DNA of 64,000 nt, from contig CBDCJH010000002.1 in NCBI GenBank assembly GCA_965217775.1, positions 2,976,001 to 3,040,000 on the forward strand, in the 5' to 3' direction. Under the pieces are notes generated by a model. It was not told the origin of the DNA and searched no databases. It saw only the letters and a program-made list of their open reading frames with translations. This document shows, piece by piece, positions 58,917-64,000 of the stretch (positions are counted from its first letter, which is position 1; each line of letters opens with the position of its first letter). Position numbers and translations under genes: made by a program. This stretch comes from Acidobacteriota bacterium (lineage in GTDB: Bacteria > Acidobacteriota > UBA6911 > RPQK01 > JAJDTT01).

Positions 58917-60347
58917 ATGCACGAGGACAAGTTTCACGACGAGTGCGGCATCTTTGGCATCGCCGCTCACCCCGAGGCGGCCCGCCACGCCTATCTGGGA
59001 CTCTACGCCCTCCAGCATCGAGGCCAGGAGTCGGCCGGGATCGTCTCCTCCGACGGAACGCGGCTGCACCAGGAACGAGGAATGGGCTACGTCGCCGAGG
59101 TCTTCAGCGACGAGAAGCTGGAAGGGCTGCCCGGACTTTCGGCCACGGCCCACGTCCGCTACTCCACCATGGGTGAGAACCTGCTGGCCAACGCCCAGCC
59201 CATCGTCACCCAATCCTGGCGCGGACCCGTCGCCCTGGCCCACAACGGGAACATCGTCAACACCGGGTCGCTGAGACGCAGCCTGGAAGCGGCAGGCGCC
59301 ATCTTCCAATCCACCAGCGACACCGAAGTCATCCTCCATCTTCTGGCTCACTGTCCGACTGAGGATCTGGACGACGCCCTGCTGGAGATCCTCCAGGTCG
59401 TCCGGGGCGCCTACTCCATGCTGTTGCAGCGTCCGGATTGCATTTACGCGATCCGGGACCCCATGGGCGTGCGTCCGCTCTGCCTGGGCCAGTTGGAGGA
59501 AGCGTACGTGCTCGCCTCCGAGACCTGCGCCTTCGACCTGATCGGGGCACGCTATCTGCGGGATGTCGAACCGGGCGAGATCTTGCGAATCCAGGATGGT
59601 TCGCTCCATTCCTTTCGGCAACCCGAGGCGTCGCGGCACGCCTTCTGCATCTTCGAGCAAGTCTATTTCAGCCGGCCGGACAGCCGGGTCTTCGGGACCA
59701 GCGTCCACGGAGCCCGCTACCGGATGGGCCGCCGGCTGGCCCGAGAAGCCCCGGCCGATGCGGACCTGGTGGTCCCGGTTCCCGATTCGGGCGTCACGGC
59801 CGCCCTGGGCTACGCCAAGGAGTCCGGCATTCCCTTCCAGTTCGGCCTGATCCGCAACCACTACGTGGGAAGGACTTTCATCGAACCCAAGCAATCCATC
59901 CGGCATTTCGGCGTCAAGGTCAAGCTGAACCCGATCCGGGAATTGCTGTCGGGCAAGAGGGTCGTCCTCTGCGACGACTCGGTGGTTCGGGGAACGACGA
60001 GCCGGAAGATCGTGGAGATGGTCCGCTTGGCAGGCGCCACCGAGGTCCACCTGCGCGTCAGCTCGCCTCCCACCGTCTCCCCTTGCTATTACGGCATCGA
60101 CACGCCGACTCACGCCGAGCTCATCGGCGCCAACAACACCGTCGAAGGGATCCGCAAGCACGTGCGAGCCGACAGTCTCGCCTATCTCTCCCTGGAGGGC
60201 ATGAAGGAATCCGTGTCTGACCGGGGAAACTTCTGTGCAGCCTGCTTCGACGAGAAATATCCCATTCCCCCGACTCGAGATTCGGGCCAGAAACAGTTGT
60301 TCGAACTGGCCAATAGTGGAATGACCCAGAACCCATCGCTGAAATGA
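58917..60347 (+). CDS. purF: Amidophosphoribosyltransferase
   Basis: Propeptide then ECGIFG, LQHRGQESAG, HVRYST, AHNGN, VPVPDSG, DDSVVRGTTS, PCYYGID, CAACF. Confidence 0.97.
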   Translation: MHEDKFHDECGIFGIAAHPEAARHAYLGLYALQHRGQESAGIVSSDGTRLHQERGMGYVAEVFSDEKLEGLPGLSATAHVRYSTMGENLLANAQPIVTQSWRGPVALAHNGNIVNTGSLRRSLEAAGAIFQSTSDTEVILHLLAHCPTEDLDDALLEILQVVRGAYSMLLQRPDCIYAIRDPMGVRPLCLGQLEEAYVLASETCAFDLIGARYLRDVEPGEILRIQDGSLHSFRQPEASRHAFCIFEQVYFSRPDSRVFGTSVHGARYRMGRRLAREAPADADLVVPVPDSGVTAALGYAKESGIPFQFGLIRNHYVGRTFIEPKQSIRHFGVKVKLNPIRELLSGKRVVLCDDSVVRGTTSRKIVEMVRLAGATEVHLRVSSPPTVSPCYYGIDTPTHAELIGANNTVEGIRKHVRADSLAYLSLEGMKESVSDRGNFCAACFDEKYPIPPTRDSGQKQLFELANSGMTQNPSLK

Positions 60348-61366
60348 GGTACCGCGACGCCGGGGTGGACGTGGATGCCGCCAACCGGGCCTACGCCGGA
60401 ATTCGGGGTCTGGTCCAATCCACTTTCGACTCCCGGGTCCTGACCGATTTCGGCACCTTCTCGGGTCTCTACCGGCCCGGCTTCGGCGAACTGGAGAGAC
60501 CGATCCTGGTTTCCAGTGCCGACGGAGTGGGCACCAAGCTCAAGATCGCCTTCCTGACGGGTGTGCACGACACAGTGGGGATGGACCTGGTGGCGCACTG
60601 CACCAACGACATCCTGGTTCATGGGGCCCACCCCCTTTTCTTTCTCGACTACATCGCCACGGGCCGGCTCGAACCGAACGTCGTCCGGGAGGTGGTGAAG
60701 GGGTTGGTCGAGGGCTGCCGGGAGGCGGACTGCGTTCTGCTGGGTGGAGAGACCGCCGAGATGCCCGACTTCTACCAGGAGGGAGAATACGATCTCGCCG
60801 GGTTCATCGTGGGGATGACGGACGAATCCAGGGTCCCCAACACGGATCGAGTCCGTAACCGGGACCTCCTGGTGGGACTTCCCTCTTCCGGGATTCACAC
60901 CAACGGCTACTCACTGGTCCGAAAACTCTTCTTCGAGCGGGAGAACATGACGGTGGACAGCTACGTAGGGACCCTCGGAAGAACCCTGGGAGAAGAGCTG
61001 CTGATCCCCCATCGCAACTATCTCCCGTCGCTTCAGGGCCTCTTGAAACAGGACGCTCTCCACGCCGTGGCGCACATCACCGGCGGCGGCATCACGGACA
61101 ATCTGGCTCGAGTGCTCCCTCCGGCCCTGGACGCCCGAGTTCGCCGGGGAAGCTGGGAGAATCTCCCCATCTTTCGCCTGATTCAGGAGCTGGGACCGGT
61201 GGCAGAGGCCGAAATGTACCGGACCTTCAATATGGGTCTGGGGATGATCCTGGTGGTGGACCGGGACGGCCTCGGCACGGTCACGAGGGAGCTGGAACGG
61301 GCCGGGGAAGCGTACGTCCTGGTTGGGGAAATCGGCAAGGGAGAGGGCAAGGTCCAATACGCATGA
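60344..61366 (+). CDS. purM: Phosphoribosylformylglycinamidine cyclo-ligase
   Basis: YRDAGVD, DGVGTKL, GGETAEMP, SSGIHTNGYSLVRK, HITGGG, TFNMG. Confidence 0.97.
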   Translation: MRYRDAGVDVDAANRAYAGIRGLVQSTFDSRVLTDFGTFSGLYRPGFGELERPILVSSADGVGTKLKIAFLTGVHDTVGMDLVAHCTNDILVHGAHPLFFLDYIATGRLEPNVVREVVKGLVEGCREADCVLLGGETAEMPDFYQEGEYDLAGFIVGMTDESRVPNTDRVRNRDLLVGLPSSGIHTNGYSLVRKLFFERENMTVDSYVGTLGRTLGEELLIPHRNYLPSLQGLLKQDALHAVAHITGGGITDNLARVLPPALDARVRRGSWENLPIFRLIQELGPVAEAEMYRTFNMGLGMILVVDRDGLGTVTRELERAGEAYVLVGEIGKGEGKVQYA

Positions 61367-61968
61367 ACAACGTCGGTATTCTCATCAGCGGCCGAGGCTC
61401 CAACTTCCGGGCTCTGTCCGACGCCATTGAAGAGGGAAGAATACCGGCCCGGATCTCCCTCGTGCTCTCCAACCGGGCGTCGGCCGCGGGTCTGGAACTG
61501 GCGAGAGAACGCAACTACCCCACCGTTTGCATCCCGTCCAAGGGTCTGGGGCGAGACGCCTACAGCCGCCTGCTGGCCCATGAGTTCAAATCGGCCCGGG
61601 TGGACCTGGTCTGCCTGGCCGGGTTCATGCGTATTCTGGGCCCGGAACTGGTAAAACAGTTTCCGCTTCGAATTCTCAACATCCATCCTTCGCTCCTCCC
61701 GGCCTTCACGGGACTGCACGCTCAGCGCCAGGCGTTGGAGTGGGGCGCCAAGGTGACCGGCTGCACCGTTCATTTCGTGGACGAGGAGCTGGACCATGGC
61801 GCCATCATCCTCCAACACCCGGTTCCGCTCGAAGACGGCGATACCGAGGAGAGCCTCTCCTCTCGAATCCTGGTGCACGAGCACCAGATCTACCCCGAGG
61901 CTCTGAAGCTGGTCTGCCAGAACCGGGTCCGAGTCGAGGGTCGAAGAGTCCGAATCATGCCCGAGTAG
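61363..61968 (+). CDS. purN: Phosphoribosylglycinamide formyltransferase
   Basis: ISGRGSN, LAGFMRIL, NIHPSLLPAF, GCTVHFVDEELDHG. Confidence 0.97.
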   Translation: MNNVGILISGRGSNFRALSDAIEEGRIPARISLVLSNRASAAGLELARERNYPTVCIPSKGLGRDAYSRLLAHEFKSARVDLVCLAGFMRILGPELVKQFPLRILNIHPSLLPAFTGLHAQRQALEWGAKVTGCTVHFVDEELDHGAIILQHPVPLEDGDTEESLSSRILVHEHQIYPEALKLVCQNRVRVEGRRVRIMPE

Positions 61969-61994
61969 CGAAGTCGCATCCGGAGGTAGCCACC

Positions 61995-63080
61995 GTGAGA
62001 CTCGATGACTTGGAAACCCCCGCAATGATCATCGACGTGGACGTCATGGAGGACAATCTCCGGAGGATGGCGGCTTACGCCGAGCGGCACGACCTGGCTC
62101 TACGGCCTCACATCAAGACCCACAAGATGCCTCGTTTGGCCCGGCAGCAGTTGGAGATGGGAGCCTGCGGCATCACGGTCGCCAAGCTGGGCGAGGCCGA
62201 AGTCATGAGCGAAGCCGGGTTGGACAACCTGATGCTCGCCTATCCTCCCATCGGCCAGAGCAAGGCCCGGCGTCTCCGGGCAGTGCTGGAGCGCGCTCGA
62301 GTTTCGGTCAGCCTCGACTCGGAAGAGGCCGTCGCCACGACCGGCCGCGCCGCCGACGGCGCCCGGATCCCCGTCTACGTAGAGATCGATCTGGGGGCCC
62401 GCCGCTGCGGCGTGGCGCCCGGTCCGGAGGCGGTCCGTCTCGCCCGTCTCATCGAAGCCACTCCCGGCCTCGACTTCGAAGGGCTCATGTTCTATCCGGG
62501 CCATGTCCACCCCGACTTCGACGGCAATCACCATACCCTCGAGAAGCTGGTCAAAGACCTGGAGCGGCTATTGGAGCTCTTCGCGGCCGAGAAGTTCCCT
62601 GTCCCCCGGATCTCGGGCGGGAGCACTCCGTCCGCGCCCTACTGCCACCTGATCCCGGGCCTGGACGAGATGCGTCCGGGGACCTATATCTTCAACGACC
62701 GCAACACCTTGGAATGGAAGACCTGCACCGAAGAGCAATGCGCAGCCTCGTTGCTGGTCACCGTCGTCAGCAACGCCGTTTCCGGGCGCGTCATCGTCGA
62801 CGGCGGTTCCAAGACCTTCACCAGCGACCCTCTGGGTCCGGGCACGCGCAAAGGACATGGGCTGGTCAGGGGTTACCCGGAGATGACCCTTTTCTTCATG
62901 AATGAGGAACACGGATTTCTGGAGCTGCCGCCGGACGTGCACCTGGAGGTAGGACAACGGCTCCGGATCATACCCAACCACATCTGTGGCGCCGTCAATC
63001 TCCACGACGTGGTCTTCACCTACCGGGGCGGGGAGGTCCTGGAGGAGTGGACCGTGGAGGCCCGAGGCCGGATCAGGTGA
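61995..63080 (+). CDS. D-threonine aldolase / DSD1-family PLP-dependent enzyme (alanine racemase-like fold)
   Basis: LETPAMIID, LRPHIKTHK, RRCGV, SGGSTP, EMRPGTYIFND, EEHG, IPNHIC. GTG start after GGAGG. Confidence 0.88.
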   Translation: MRLDDLETPAMIIDVDVMEDNLRRMAAYAERHDLALRPHIKTHKMPRLARQQLEMGACGITVAKLGEAEVMSEAGLDNLMLAYPPIGQSKARRLRAVLERARVSVSLDSEEAVATTGRAADGARIPVYVEIDLGARRCGVAPGPEAVRLARLIEATPGLDFEGLMFYPGHVHPDFDGNHHTLEKLVKDLERLLELFAAEKFPVPRISGGSTPSAPYCHLIPGLDEMRPGTYIFNDRNTLEWKTCTEEQCAASLLVTVVSNAVSGRVIVDGGSKTFTSDPLGPGTRKGHGLVRGYPEMTLFFMNEEHGFLELPPDVHLEVGQRLRIIPNHICGAVNLHDVVFTYRGGEVLEEWTVEARGRIR

Positions 63081-63493
63081 CCCGGCCGCCCCAAGCGGCG
63101 CCCCGCCGCGTGGACGTGGCGGTTGCCATTCTTTTGTCCCAGGGTCGAGTCTGGATCCAACCGCGCCGGACCCGGGACAGTCTCATGGGCTGCTGGGAAT
63201 TCCCGGGCGGGAAGCTGAAACCGGGGGAAGCGGCTCGGGACGGACTGAGGCGGGAAGTCCGCGAGGAATTGGGCCTGGACCTGTCCGGAACACACCTGGA
63301 ATTGTGCGGGAAAGCCCACCATAGCTACCCGGAGCAGACGGTGGATATCCGGTTCTTTCTCTGCCGGCTGCCATCGACGCCGTCACTGAGCCGGGGTCGT
63401 TGGGTCGATTTGGCCCGCCTTTCTACTTTCCGGTTCCCCCCGGCCAACGCTTCAATCGTCCGAAGACTTGGGGAAATGACGAAAAACACGTAG
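63077..63493 (+). CDS. mutT: MutT-like NUDIX (deoxy)nucleoside triphosphate pyrophosphohydrolase
   Basis: WEFPGGKLKPGEAARDGLRREVREELG Nudix box, FPPAN tail. Confidence 0.8.
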   Translation: MTRPPQAAPRRVDVAVAILLSQGRVWIQPRRTRDSLMGCWEFPGGKLKPGEAARDGLRREVREELGLDLSGTHLELCGKAHHSYPEQTVDIRFFLCRLPSTPSLSRGRWVDLARLSTFRFPPANASIVRRLGEMTKNT

Positions 63494-63640
63494 GGGCGCC
63501 CGGATGTCCTGGGATCGGCGGGGCAGGGCGTTAGAAATGAAGAGAAAAACGTAGGGGCGCCCCTTGTGGGCGCCCTCTTCGGTCCAGTGCGGAGCAAGAC
63601 GAAGACGTAAGAGTGGGCGACAAGAAAGTCGCCCCTCCTA
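63473..63640. repeat. REP cluster between convergent mutT and ftsZ, with a 29-bp duplication of the mutT 3' end
   Basis: 63473-63501 versus 63534-63562 (26/29). Family 1 REP at 63551, family 2 REP at 63611-63640. Confidence 0.8.
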
Positions 63641-64000
63641 GTGTCTTCGTCCCTGACGAAGAATGGCGGGCACTTCCACTTCCCGGCTCATGACCGGGAT
63701 CGGGGGAACGGCGATGGGCTTGCCGTTGGGCCGTTCCGATGAGGAGGACTCTCCGCGACTGGCTCCGGCGGCGTTGGCGGCCTGGCCTTTTCGGTCGCCT
63801 TTCGAGTCGCTGAAACCGGTGGCGATCACAGTGATCTTGATTCGGTCTCCCATGTTCTGGTCCAGCACCGAACCGAAGATGATGTTGGCGTTGGGATCGG
63901 CCGCATTCTGGATCAGGCCGCTGGCTTCGTTGACTTCGTGCAGAGTGAGACTTTCACCGGCCGTGATGTTGATGAGAACGCCCCGGGCGCCCTGGATGGT
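63638..64000 (-). CDS. ftsZ: Cell division protein FtsZ, C-terminal part (truncated at window edge)
   Basis: [43 protein letters not shown]-terminal EVPAILR peptide. Confidence 0.95.
   Translation of the reverse strand, partial: TIQGARGVLINITAGESLTLHEVNEASGLIQNAADPNANIIFGSVLDQNMGDRIKITVIATGFSDSKGDRKGQAANAAGASRGESSSSERPNGKPIAVPPIPVMSREVEVPAILRQGRRH

Overview
GC-rich bacterial chromosomal window. Two Oar-like TonB-dependent receptors, many sulfatase, BNR and Gfo/Idh/MocA genes and a DUF1501 cluster suggest Acidobacteriota (inference). The backbone is glycan and sulfate-ester catabolism (Tat/lipoprotein beta-propeller hydrolases, two sulfatases, a PPC-DUF1549/1553-DUF1501 triad, sialidases, a heparinase II/III-like lyase) plus housekeeping genes (ahcY, purF-purM-purN, a MutT-like gene, the 3' end of ftsZ). 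Six small accessory islets (0.5-2 kb) interrupt it, mostly decayed toxin-antitoxin or defence-type modules, four of them next to GTAG-type REP palindromes. Two HigA-containing islets are bounded by about 45-bp direct repeats that duplicate the 3' end of the neighbouring protein-coding gene, with no integrase in the window; this is the most unusual signal. A 48-aa zinc-ribbon microprotein missed by the ORF track lies at 6996-7142. No rRNA, tRNA, CRISPR array or intact transposase was seen. Family assignments come from motif recognition by eye, not database searches.
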